The position numbers and the translations under genes are program-made. Of a stretch of 64,000 nt of DNA, positions 50,757-62,160 are shown piece after piece. Under the pieces are notes generated by a model. It had not been told where the DNA came from, searched no databases, and was given only the letters and a program-made list of their open reading frames with translations. Source of the stretch: Chara braunii (lineage: Eukaryota; Plantae; Charophyceae); contig BFEA01000013.1 in NCBI GenBank assembly GCA_003427395.1, forward strand, positions 465,326 through 529,325, written 5' to 3'. Numbering within the stretch: the stretch's first letter is position 1; every line of letters starts with the position of its first letter.

Positions 50757-51664
50757 TCTGCCGAGGTGGGGGCAGGTAAAGAAAAAAAAAAAAGAAAAAA
50801 AAAAAAAAAGAAAAAAAGATACGTTGATCTGTGGGATGTGTTATTTGCTTTGTGATAATTGGATTATCTTTCTTTCCCTATCTTTCTTTCCCTGTCAGGT
50901 TTGGTTTCCTCCTCCCCTTCTTTACCTCTTTGCCTTTTGGCAGCGTGCAAGTGGGTCCTTGTGACACACGGGGATGGGGGCAGCCAGCGCTCAACCTGTC
51001 ATCCACGTGGCTGGCCTTGCACGTAAGAGGTTATGAACAGGTGGAGCTTTCCTTACCTCTTCTCTTTCCCTTTTTTCCTTTTCCTTTTTTTCTTTTCCTT
51101 TTTTTCGCTTCTGCGCTCTGATTCACAATGTGACAATATATATTGTCACATTGTGACAATATATTTATATGTGACGATATAAGAGGTTATGAACAGGTGG
51201 AGCTTTCCTTACCTCTTCCCCCTCCCCCTTTTTTCCTTTTCCTTTTTCTTTCCCCTTTTTTGCGCTCTGATTCACAATGTGACAATATATATTGTCACAC
51301 TGTAAATCAGAGCGCGAAGGCAGAAAAAAGCAAAACAAGGAAAGGAAAAGAAGGAAGGAAAGCCCCACCTGTTCATCACGTCTTACGTACAAGGCCGGCC
51401 ACGTGGATGACAGGTTGAGCGCTGGCTGCCCCCATCCCGGTGTGTCCCAAGGACCCACTTGCACGCAGCCAAAAGGCAAAGAGGTAAAGAAATGGAGGAA
51501 ACCAAACCTGACAGGGAGGATAATCCAATTGTCACAAAGCAAATAACACATCCCACAGATCAACATATCTTTTCTTTTTCTCTTTTTTTCTTTTTTTCTC
51601 TTTTTTTCTTTTTTTCCCTTCGTCTTTTCTACTTTTTTTCTTTACCTGTCCCCACCTCGGCAGA
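50757..51664. mobile_element. ~0.9-kb foldback (palindromic) element
   Basis: Arms ~50757-51140 and ~51290-51664 are imperfect reverse complements centred on TGTGACAATATATATTGTCACA. TA flanks both ends. Internal duplication at ~51150-51290. Confidence 0.9.
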
Positions 51665-52134
51665 TAGGACAGCTACGGTGAGGATGACGTGGATGTTCAC
51701 AAGGATGCCCAAGGAGAGCTGCGCCAGCACCGCATTCAGCAGGACGGCTAGCACGAACCATCCCATCAAAACAGTCCTGACAGAGGACATGTTGTCCACG
51801 TGTCAAAAAAACAGCAGGACGTTCATCACAGTGCGGCATCATACAGTTCTGATAGCGTCCTTGGGCACAAAAGGGACAACCGTATATCTGGGTGATAGGG
51901 ATGTGTACAATGAGGAAATGTTGGACACCCTTCAGAACAGACGGCGGCAATCGCAATAGATTGATAATGGCTATGGCATAGATGATGCATTCCACAGCCG
52001 AGGCGCACCGCGTCTCTGTCCCGACAGGTGTCACACGAGAGTCGGTCAATAATCCAGAATAAAATATGATTCGACAATGCTCGCAAAAATTCATTCACGT
52101 TGAAAATGACCTGACTCATCGTCCCACCATCCTA

Positions 52135-52174
<40 letters not shown>

Positions 52175-52699
52175 TGAAGTGGTGGGGAAGGGGAATATTA
52201 TGCTATCCAGAAAAGCAAATACCCGCTTGATAAGCAACTAGCCGAAGGCGAATGGAAGACAATGGGAAAGAGGGGGGAGAATGACGGAAACGAATGGAAG
52301 AGAAAACCAACAAAAAATGACGACGAAATAGAATGGACGAAAAAGGAAATTAAAAAAATGCCGGCGACAGAGAACGGAAGGGAAAATAAAACACAACGAC
52401 GACAAGAGGAAGACAAAAGCGCGGTAAACCAAATTAAGGAGGAGGAGGAGGAGGAGGAGGAAGAACAAGAAGCAGACCATTCACCCAGAGAATTCATATA
52501 ACCGCATGACGGAGGGAAGGGGGCGGGGGGAATCCCGACTTCGTTATGGCAGTCATGTAAGAACGTCGGGGGGGAGGAGGAGGAGGAGGAAAGAGGAGAA
52601 CGGACGGGAGGTAGAAATGGAGAACAACCTTTTACAGAGCAAAAAAAAAAAGAAGTAACAGATCGGAGGAACTCACCTCTGAAACAGGTGATGCGCCAA

Positions 52700-52790
52700 G
52701 GGGCGTAGCAGCCATGAACAGTCGAAACACGGGCCTGAGTTCGAATCCCGGCGCCGGTCAGATCGACGATGATATCTCAAGGCCGTGCTG
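52700..52790 (+). mobile_element. Second tRNA-derived SINE-like copy
   Basis: CCTGAGTTCGAATCCC...GGTCAGATCGACGATGATATCTCAAGGCC. Confidence 0.5.
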
Positions 52791-53154
52791 GGCCCTCCAA
52801 TAAGGGGGGGAGAAATTAAAAAAAAAAAACAGGCGACGCCAAGCGTCAGATGAGCAGCAAGCGCACGAGCGCACGCGTGTAACAGCGTACTCCCACAGTG
52901 ACATTTCCGGACGTACCTGACGCCAACTACGACTATGTTCATTACGATTACTACAAAGCTCTCATCGATCTCAGTTTGAGCAGCATACCCTAATCCGCAT
53001 TTTTGCCAACCCACCACCACAAGTCAAGCACACGCGGGAGAACGAGCGGGCTGGTAGGTCATAGGCTAAAAATGATGCGCAGTTTCAGCACGGCTAAAAA
53101 TGCTAAGGTGAGAGAGAGCAGAAATAGAAAACTCAATGACAATTCCCCCAGCCG

Positions 53155-55818
53155 CTAAAACGTCTCCGCCATAATCAAAACTATCAAGGATGTCCATCCG
53201 GTGAAGGGATGAGCTCCTTTCCCCTTGCCACTCCTCATGTGGTCGTAGTTCTCCCAAAGGTACCCACTTTCCTGATATCGTTGGACGACATTCCTGATGA
53301 CATTCTCTCTGAGCTCCGCGTACAGCCTCTGCGCCTCCTGCTTCGAATGCCCTTCCACTGATGCATAGTGTTTCAGCGCCGACAACGCTAAGTAGTTGAC
53401 GTTGATCCACACCGGTCCTCTCCAGTACGGCGCGTCATGTTCCGTGTTGCGCTTGTTGTAAAGAGAGCTTGTGGTGGCAAGCGATCGAAGCCCAAACTTT
53501 GTCCAGAGCAATGTCTCATCCCTCAGGAGCTGCAGCTGCTGCCTGAGATTGTCAGAGTTCGGTGGAAGGAGTTTGATCAGGAGTGGGAAGAGAGAGACAT
53601 AGCCGAAGTGTGGGACCAGAGCGGGACCTGGCGCCTTCAGAACAACGCGTTCAAACGAACGGTGAAAATACCCGGTTCTCGCATCAACGTACTCTCTTGG
53701 CTGAAGATAAACCTTGTCAGAGTGGTTGCCATAGTCATAGTACCTGCCTGACTCCAGATCCAAGTGCAGCGAGTTCAGCAAATTGATGTCAGACAACCAT
53801 GCTGCAGTTGCTTCGTAGTGTTCGTGGCGTTCGCCGACCATTTTCGCAATAACCGCCAAGGAATCTGCTGCCAGTGCCATCCAACAGCGCAGATCGAGGT
53901 GGCGCTCCTCATTGCCTGGATGTGAAGCGCGCGGGTAATCGTCCAAGCCGGACATCAGGGTCTTTGGGTTGAGCTCGCTGTTGGTGTTTGCATCTCTGCC
54001 GTGCCAAAAATAGCTTCCTGGCAATTGCCCTATCTGGCTGGTATTGAACCAGTGGAACCAGGACTGGAGGCGAGGGAAACTCCTCTTCAGGAATGTGCGC
54101 ACCGCCTCTCTCTCCCCTTCTTCAGCAGCAAGAGTGTCGGAAGAAGCCAGTTGCTTCGCAAGCTCCTGGATGGGAAGAAAGAGGGTTGGTGGATTGGCAT
54201 TGGAAGTGTGCTGGAGAACGAATTCCGCAGGCACTTTCATCCGTGCCTCTTCCCCAAGAATCTGCTCTCGTGGGATCCATCCATCGACATTCATCAGGTC
54301 TAACCAACTAGCCATAGCGTCCATGCTAATATTGCGATCCCACTTGCCAATCAACAACTGGTGAAATCCCTCGTCCCAAAGGAACCCGCGAGGGAACATG
54401 GGACGGCTTGGCACTGCTGTGTACAAGGATGCAGGCCAGTAGAGGAGGTGATCCTGCGTGCCACCGCCATGTTCTTGACCGGGCGCTGCGATCTTCGATT
54501 GCCCATAGAAGAAGCCCATCCCCCCAAGCAGGTTGCTGAGGGCAGCCTTGGCCACCTCTGCTTCAGCATCCTTCACACCCTTCCCGTGAAGCTCGAACGT
54601 GTCGTCGAATCTTTTGTCGAAGGCAGCCTCCTCGTCTGCGAGCTTGGCACTCAATTGAGCCCCGCTCAGTCCATCCACGCGCCCAGCGGTAGATCGCTCG
54701 TCTCCGACAACATTGGAGATAAATATGATATCCAGCTTGAGAGGAAACTCGGCTGTAATCTGATACACAACAAGATTTGATCTCTTTGAAACAGAGTTTG
54801 GCAGGTTCACTTTGCCTGACAACTTGGAATTCTCCACGAGAGTTCCCCACACAACCTCTGTCAAATTGTGAACGTGAAGAGCCTTCAGGCCAACGTAACT
54901 CTCATCTGCTGCTCCCTTCTTTCCTCGGACATGAAGCTGCCACGTGCCCACTTCTCCCCATTTCCCAACAGCAAGCAGCCCTTTCCCCGCGGATTTGGCA
55001 GGACTGGTTGAACCGCGCTCACCCGCAGATATGTCAAAGGATTTGCCGGACTCATCCGTGAAGTAAAACAGCAAAGAGACTGTCTTTTTCTTCGTCACCA
55101 TATCCTCGTCCCCTGATGCCGTAGTGGTAGGCGTGCCATTTTCGGTGGCGACGATTCTCACAGCCCAGTCGCCTCCATAACCAGAACCATGACCATGATG
55201 TTTAAGGAAATAAGTGGCGAGATGTAAGTTCCCATCAATGAGCTGCTGCCGACCAAATTTGGAACCGTCGTGACGAAGCCAGCCATACTTCTGCAGCCCA
55301 TCACCATCTTGACACGTGTGCCGCAGATGATAGCGCCCTTCCTTTCTCTGCACCCACATAAGTCCACCCAACAAGGATTCAGGCACCCTTGCTCGGATGC
55401 CCAAATAAAGATGAGGACGGTATGTACCCCAGAAAAGCCGCTCGCGGTGCACTCCTTGGAACAGCGGCAACGTCGAAACTGGGGGAGAAGGATGGCGGCG
55501 CACAGCTCGTGGTCCTCCTCCCTTCAGCGTTTCCACCATTTCCCACCATGCTCGGAAATTGCCGATACGAACAACGCCGGTCATGACGAAAAGAGCGGCG
55601 ATGAACGCCCACATCAGAGCCGTGCCTAGCCAGCTGGGAGGCGCGGAGGCGCCGGCGCGACCCGCCCGATTAGCCGCGCAGCGCTTACCCTTCCGAAGTC
55701 CCGCCATAGCCGGAGGCTGATTGCGCAAGGACGCGCGATAATCGCCATCCCTGACCTCGCCCGAGTATGGCGGCTCTCCGCCTTCCGCCCAAGAGCCGGC
55801 ACGACGTTGGCGCACCAT
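53155..55818 (-). CDS. GCS1: Mannosyl-oligosaccharide glucosidase (ER alpha-glucosidase I, GH63), ~887 aa, single exon
   Basis: Uninterrupted ORF from the ATG at 55818 (MVRQRR). Type II TM helix. LFWGTYRPHLYLG, VPSRPMFPRGFLWDEGFH, SGLDDYPRA, YWRGPVWIN, WENYD, FTGWTSL. An alternative ATG lies ~110 nt downstream. Confidence 0.97.
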   Translation of the reverse strand: MVRQRRAGSWAEGGEPPYSGEVRDGDYRASLRNQPPAMAGLRKGKRCAANRAGRAGASAPPSWLGTALMWAFIAALFVMTGVVRIGNFRAWWEMVETLKGGGPRAVRRHPSPPVSTLPLFQGVHRERLFWGTYRPHLYLGIRARVPESLLGGLMWVQRKEGRYHLRHTCQDGDGLQKYGWLRHDGSKFGRQQLIDGNLHLATYFLKHHGHGSGYGGDWAVRIVATENGTPTTTASGDEDMVTKKKTVSLLFYFTDESGKSFDISAGERGSTSPAKSAGKGLLAVGKWGEVGTWQLHVRGKKGAADESYVGLKALHVHNLTEVVWGTLVENSKLSGKVNLPNSVSKRSNLVVYQITAEFPLKLDIIFISNVVGDERSTAGRVDGLSGAQLSAKLADEEAAFDKRFDDTFELHGKGVKDAEAEVAKAALSNLLGGMGFFYGQSKIAAPGQEHGGGTQDHLLYWPASLYTAVPSRPMFPRGFLWDEGFHQLLIGKWDRNISMDAMASWLDLMNVDGWIPREQILGEEARMKVPAEFVLQHTSNANPPTLFLPIQELAKQLASSDTLAAEEGEREAVRTFLKRSFPRLQSWFHWFNTSQIGQLPGSYFWHGRDANTNSELNPKTLMSGLDDYPRASHPGNEERHLDLRCWMALAADSLAVIAKMVGERHEHYEATAAWLSDINLLNSLHLDLESGRYYDYGNHSDKVYLQPREYVDARTGYFHRSFERVVLKAPGPALVPHFGYVSLFPLLIKLLPPNSDNLRQQLQLLRDETLLWTKFGLRSLATTSSLYNKRNTEHDAPYWRGPVWINVNYLALSALKHYASVEGHSKQEAQRLYAELRENVIRNVVQRYQESGYLWENYDHMRSGKGKGAHPFTGWTSLIVLIMAETF

Positions 55819-56387
55819 CGCGGGGTGAGCACCGAAGGATCTACGCTCCGCAAACGTCCAGTGCAGAAACGTCACGCCACGTGATGCTTCTGTCCAGGTG
55901 TACTTCTACTCTGCCTAGCGTTCTCTCCTCCTGCCACAGCATCAATCAACCGGAAGACTCTGCTAACCTTTCCTTCGCCTTCAGCTCCCCAAGGCTAGCC
56001 GAACCTACAGCTGCAGCGTCTGCCCTCACAACGGAAACTTCCACTATGTCACAATAATGCAAAGACTGGCTGTGACTGCCACGCGGCAGTCTCGGGTATA
56101 AGGTAAATTTGCACTATACCTCTCAAAGATGCATAGCTTTCCGTCACAACCCTGCAAAGCCTTACCCTGTCCTGTCCCCCAGACACTAGTTCAACTTTGC
56201 GAAAACACCCCAGTTTCATCTGGGCATGATATCTGTCCATGATGCTCCCACAGGCACCAGTCAAACTTTTCAATATACCCCACATGGACGGCAGTTGGGA
56301 ACCTGGACCGAATTTTGGGTACAACCCTACCGTAGCATTCTTCTTTGGCGATGACCCTGAAGCCGCTGGACACCAGCAGCGACCCTC

Positions 56388-56486
<99 letters not shown>

Positions 56487-56722
56487 NNNNNNNNNNNNNN
56501 NNNNNNNNNNNNNNNNNNNNNNNNNNNNNNNNNNNNNNNNNNNNNNNNNNNNNNNNNNNNNNNNNNNNNNNNNNNNNNNNNNNNNNNNNNNNNNNNNNNN
56601 NNNNNNNNNNNNNNNNNNNNNNNNNNNNNNNNNNNNNNNNNNNNNNNNNNNNNNNNNNNNNNNNNNNNNNNNNNNNNNNNNNNNNNNNNNNNNNNNNNNN
56701 NNNNNNNNNNNNNNNNNNNNNN

Positions 56723-56756
<34 letters not shown>

Positions 56757-56839
56757 TTGCCCAATGGAGGGGAGGAAGGATGAAAATATGGCACGGTGGA
56801 CAGGCACATGATGAAAGATGGTTAACGGGTCCTCTAATA

Positions 56840-58620
56840 TTCAGCGTGTACATAAAGTGCGTTCAACGTTCATACACACTCGGACATATTAAACACTCGA
56901 ACAGGGGAGGTGTACTCTAACATTTCGAAGACTCGGACAGGGGAGGTACAAGCCTAAAGACGTGGGGTCGGTTCAACGTCGTCAATGGATTCACCACTTT
57001 AGAAAGCTAAAACAATTCAGCAGTTTTACAAGCCTAGAGAGGGGGGGGGGTTCAAAATCTTCAACCTTTTCACCACTTCATAATTTTTAGAATTTTCAGC
57101 GTTCCAACATACTCGGACGAAAGGGGGTGTAGTTAAGAGTTTTCAGCATATTCACCACTTCAGAATCTTCAGAATCTTCAACATTATTACACACTCATAC
57201 AAGGGGACGAGCGCTGAAAATTCTGAAAATTTTGAAGTGGTGAAAACGCTGAAGATCCTGAACTCCCCCCCAACCTCACAGGGGTAGGTATCGGGGGGGG
57301 GGTCAGAATCTTCAACGTTTTCACCACTTCATAATTTTCAAAATCTTCAGCGTTCCACACACTCGAATAAAGGGGGGTGTACTGTAGAATTTTCAGCATC
57401 TTCACCACTTCAGAATTTTCAGAATTCTCAACGTTTCTCTACACTTAGATAGAGGGGTACACGCTGAAGATTCTGAAGTGGTGAAAACGTCGAAGATTCT
57501 GAACCCCCTCCCCTTTAATAAACAAAACAGGCGGAGGCACGGGGGGAGGGGCGGGGGGGGGGTCAGAATCTTCAACATTTTGACCACTTCATAATTTTTA
57601 GAATCTTCAGCGTTCTTACACACTCGGACAAGGGGGGTGTACATAAAGTGCGTCCACCGTTCATACACACTCGGATATAAACAATCGAACAGAGGAGGTG
57701 TACTGCAACATTTTAAAGACTCGGACAGGGGAGGTACAAGCCTAGAGACATGAGGTCGGTTCAACGTCTTCAATGGATTCACCACTTCATAATGTTAAAA
57801 AACTTCAGCCTTTTTACAAGCTTAGAGAGAGGGGGGGTCATAATCTTCAACTTTTTCACCACTTCATAATTTTCATAATTGTCAGCATTCTTACATATTC
57901 GGACGAAAGGGGGTGTAGTTCAGAGTCTTCGGCATCTTCACCACTTCAGAATTTTCAGAATCTTCAACATTTCTAAATACCCATAGAAGGGAACGAACGC
58001 TGAAGATTCTGAAAAATTTGCAGTGATGAAAACGCTGAAGATTTTTTAACCCCCCCCACCTTAGAGGAGGAGGCATGGGAGGGGGGTCTGAATCTTCGGC
58101 GTTTGCACCACTTCAGAATTTTCAGAATTTTCAGCGTTCTACACACTCGGATAGAGAGGGGTGTACTTCAGAATTTTCAGAATCTTCACCACTTCAAAAT
58201 CTTCAAAATCTTCAGAGTTTCTATCCACTTAGATAAGGGGTTAGATGCTGATGATTCTGAAAATTATGAAGTGGTGAAAATGTTGAAGATATTGAACCCC
58301 CTCCCCTTAAAAAAACAAAACAGGAGGAGGCAGGAAGGGGGGGGGGTTCAGAATCTTCAGCATTTTCACCATTTTCATAATCTTCAGCGTTCCTACACAC
58401 TCGGACAGGAGGGGTGTACTTCAGAATTTTCAGCATTTTCACCATTTTATAATCTTCAAAATCTTCAGCATTTCTATAGACTCAAACAGAGGGGCAAACG
58501 TTGAATATTTTGAAGATTTATTCAATGTAGAGGCATTCAACATTTTCAACACTTCTGAAACCGTTGAAAGTCGACTTCAAAGAACTTCAAAAATGTTGAA
58601 AGTTCTCCACTTCATAATTA
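56840..58620. repeat. Complex direct/inverted repeat array with core TTCACCACTTCA and a ~790-bp higher-order duplication
   Basis: GTACATAAAGTGCGT block at ~56848 and ~57639. Core motif occurs many times in both orientations. Confidence 0.88.
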
Positions 58621-60246
58621 GTTTCAACGAAGTTTCGGAGTGTCGTTGACCACGTGTGTTTTTTTCCTGCGACACTCGGCCTCAGGGTATTATTTTCTTG
58701 GCGGTCCCCTTTCTTTGATAAGGAGGGTTGCCTTTACTAATTTTCGGCAATACTTTGTCGACCGTCTCTCCGTTGATTTATTCCTGGTCCCAGGACTTAT
58801 AGGGCATGAGGTCTCCCATTGGGTCCTCAGCGTCGTCAATCCTCCCTTAACTTTTTTTTTTTTTTAGCCTCCTTGCTCTGGATTCCTCTGTCGTGCACAT
58901 CTTAGCCATACATCACATCTCAAGGGTCATGACTTGCTTCGGGAACCACATGTCACAATAATGGGCGGTAACGTGATCACACCGAAGCCTTCTCTGTGAC
59001 TGGTTTCTTGCCTCAGTAATTGTCGTCTGCAGCTTCTGATCTTGCCGCATTTCAGATACTCTATTATCCTCAACGTTAATCTTTAGCTTAGCAACATCCC
59101 TGTCAAAATTGAGGATCGTCGTGATCATGGATCCTCTTCCGATGCTAAGGACCAGCGGGTCACCAACCTTCAGCAGTCGGGTCTGTAACTTTCTAGTCCT
59201 TTACGGCACGTCATAGCCACTCCCCTTCTGAAAAGACTGAAGCTTAGCATTAACGTTCGTTGAAACCCACTCTCGTGAATAGCCACCTCCCTGGTACTTC
59301 ACCACCACAATGTTATCTCAGGTTAGCAACCTCGTGAATGCAACGAAGTCTTCAGACATTGTTGGCCGATCGTAGAAGGTCTAACAACAATCTTTTTACA
59401 ACTTCAAGAATCACGAAATACAATGCGTTTTAAACGATGACTTATGAGTCCATTTTAAATAAGATAATAGTTTGAGTTATAAACAATTCATTATAATAAA
59501 ATTTTAACATAAATAAATAACAGTATTCAATATTTGTTAAATACTCCAGCGGTCACTTCTAGAACGTGTTCCTACGGTCTACCCTTGCTATCTTCTCAGT
59601 TTCAAGTTTGAAAAGACAGTGGGGTGGCACGCGGTGGTCCCATAATGACATCGACCGATTTTTTCCCTTCCTTTAAGAAGGGCCATCAGACTACTCCTAG
59701 TTAGTACCCGTGTCTGATGGCAAGGAGGGGGTTTATGACCTTGTGTTAGGGGGTGATAGACCTTCTACCAAAGCGGTCACAGGTCGCCCCTCCTTAGGGG
59801 TCCTTCCCGACATTTAGTAGGTTGCGCCTGATCGAAATGCGATGGGCCGACCAGTCTAGGCCACCCGCTTTCGAATCATAATTCGAAACTCGGATCGTTT
59901 GTTCCTTCGCGAAGTGACTGGGCGGGGAACTAAAATCCGTAAAGACTGAATAAAAGCACCACTAGAACTATGGGCCGTTTGATTTGACATCATAAAAGTA
60001 ACGGTCCGAATTCGGATGCAACCATGAAACGTAAGATTTCCGTTTTCATTTTCTCCTTTCCCTTTATTTTATTTTTCTTTCCTTCTTCTTTTCAAATTTC
60101 TACAGCATCTCTGCCTATCTCATAACCCGACTATCAAGACTTGGCGTGCAGTGGAAAAGACTGCGCCAAGTTTTCATTGTCGCGTCCTTGGGCGAGCATG
60201 GCGATTACCACGGCCACAAGTCGGTCGTGCTCTGCTGTACAGTAGG

Positions 60247-60952
60247 GCATTTAGCCTGCATGAACCAATGGAAAGTTCAGTGACTCACCCACCCTTTTTG
60301 CTGTGAATGCGCCCGCCGGACTAGTCTGAGGGCAAGATGTGCAATACTAATGCACTACCACGACTGGAATGGGAATGTGCCTTGCACAACGCCGAGATGG
60401 ATGGTCGACGATTAGGGTGAGCCTGGTTAAACGTGGAGATCCGGGACACCGTGCCCTCCGACAACTCGGGCGCTATGAGGTGGCAGGGGCACTGTAGGGA
60501 AGCGGGCGCACGACAGCCATAGCTGGGCTGCAGGGCCGCATGTGGGTGATTGGCGAAAGGGGTCTTCTCGTAGGAGGCACATGAGTGGGTGGTCAAGGTC
60601 TAACGAGGGGAGGAGAGAGAACGTAGTTGGTATAAATGGAAGGTCAACATTGGTGTTGACGTCATGTACATTGATCTTCAACGTCGGAGTGATCCTGTTG
60701 TAAATGTACATAGGCAAGATAAGCTAGGGAGAGTAGGTTGGGCGTTGGGCGCCAGACATACGTAAGCGACATTGAATGTTGTGTGAGTGAGGCCTGAGGG
60801 CGATAACATTGGCACACAAGTTCACTGCTTTGCTCTAATTTGAATGGAATCTTTGTGCATTTTAGCTCTCTGATTCGTACATTACTATCTGGATATCTAT
60901 ATGATTTTGCAACTTTGTTTTCTGTTAATCCCTCTCGCTTGTATTCCTTGCA
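60247..60952 (+). repeat. Solo/5'-truncated Ty3 LTR
   Basis: Homologous to the element B LTR and ends ATTCCTTGCA. GTAGG occurs on both flanks. 5' boundary uncertain. Confidence 0.7.
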
Positions 60953-61029
60953 GTAGGTTTCTTTTGGCTAATTTATTTTGAAAATTGATGAAACTATAAA
61001 AAAACGTTAATTAAAAATTATGTTTCCTC

Positions 61030-61200
61030 CTAGGCTACCATAGTCGTCCGAGATAACTTGCTCGCTCGGGCAAAAAAGAATAGAAAATTAAAAATTAAAA
61101 AAAATATTTTTTGATTGTTTTTTCTTCAACTTTTTCGGCCCTTGCACGACCAGGCTGCCCGGGTAAACAAGGTGACTTGGTTGGCCAGCAAGTAGCCTAG
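61030..61200. mobile_element. Short hAT-like MITE
   Basis: TIR CTAGGCTAC / GTAGCCTAG, related to the 11878 element. TSD poorly preserved. Confidence 0.55.
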
Positions 61201-61467
61201 GTCCCGTAAAAAATATATATATTTTTAACACGTAATCTCAAGGCCTTGGTCGTTCCTTCTAAAAGACGGTGCAAACATTTTCAGTTCTCAATTATTTTTT
61301 AAAATTATCTTCAAATGTTGGAATAAAACATGTGCTCGAGATAAACTTTCTGGGGGAAAAAAAAAACTACGATTTAAGTTTTTTGGGTCCTAAAGCATTT
61401 TAAATTTTAAGGAACAGACTTTGGAGTATTTCAAATTTTGATTTTTTTTTTAATTATGAATTAATTA

Positions 61468-62160
61468 TGTAAGGAATATGAGCGAGAGCAATATACAGAT
61501 AACCAAGTTGCAAAACCACGTAGAAGTCCAGATAGTCATGTAACAAGCGGAGAGCTCAAAAGCACCAAGATTTCATCTAAATAAGAGCAATACAATAAAC
61601 TCCTGAGCCAATGTCCATGCCCTCAGGCCACCCCAACGCAATATTCAATGTCGCTCCTATTGTCTGGCGCCCAGCGCCCAGCCTACTCTACTCGTCCTAC
61701 CTAGGCTCACTTCAACTCCAAAGATCAATCTACCTGACGTCAACACCATTACCTACCTCCCACATACACCAAGTACGTACTCTTGACTCCCCTCATCACC
61801 CCTTTTCCACCCACACCTACGCCTCCTTCCTGAAGACCACCTTCGCCTCCACCTACCCACGCCCCTGCAGCCCAGCTATGGCCGCTTGGCGTCCTGCACC
61901 ACCCCACACCACCCAGCGCCCGCGCACATTCAGCCAGCACTGGTGCATGCAGACACTCACGTTGTCTCGCAATAGCATATCCGCATTCCCTGCCTAGGCC
62001 AGAATGTCCAAGACTGATTGGCCTCTTCGCTATATGGGAGATGTTGTTGCTGGACTGTTTGGGCCTGGTTGTGGAAGTTTTCAGTACCTTCTGGTCGGGC
62101 CCCAGTGTCTGCGCCTAGGCCCATGTCTACAATTAAGGGCCTGGGTCCTTTTCAGTTGGG
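61468..62160 (-). repeat. 3' LTR (partial) of Ty3 element C
   Basis: Minus strand ends ATTCCTTACA. Homologous to the 60247-60952 and 32161-33221 LTRs. Confidence 0.75.

Noticed and set aside
55819-55875. GTG-initiated N-terminal extension of GCS1 in the ORF track
   Set aside because: Eukaryotic gene; the first in-frame ATG is at 55818.
57400-58470. Repeated CTGAAGA-TTCT-GAAA resembling minimal hammerhead cores
   Set aside because: No R10.1-Y11.1 pair and no stems I/III. Explained by the 9-bp periodicity of the satellite.
58640-59400. Possible LINE ORF1 remnant on the minus strand
   Set aside because: Coding-like but no diagnostic motif could be recognised; too weak to call.
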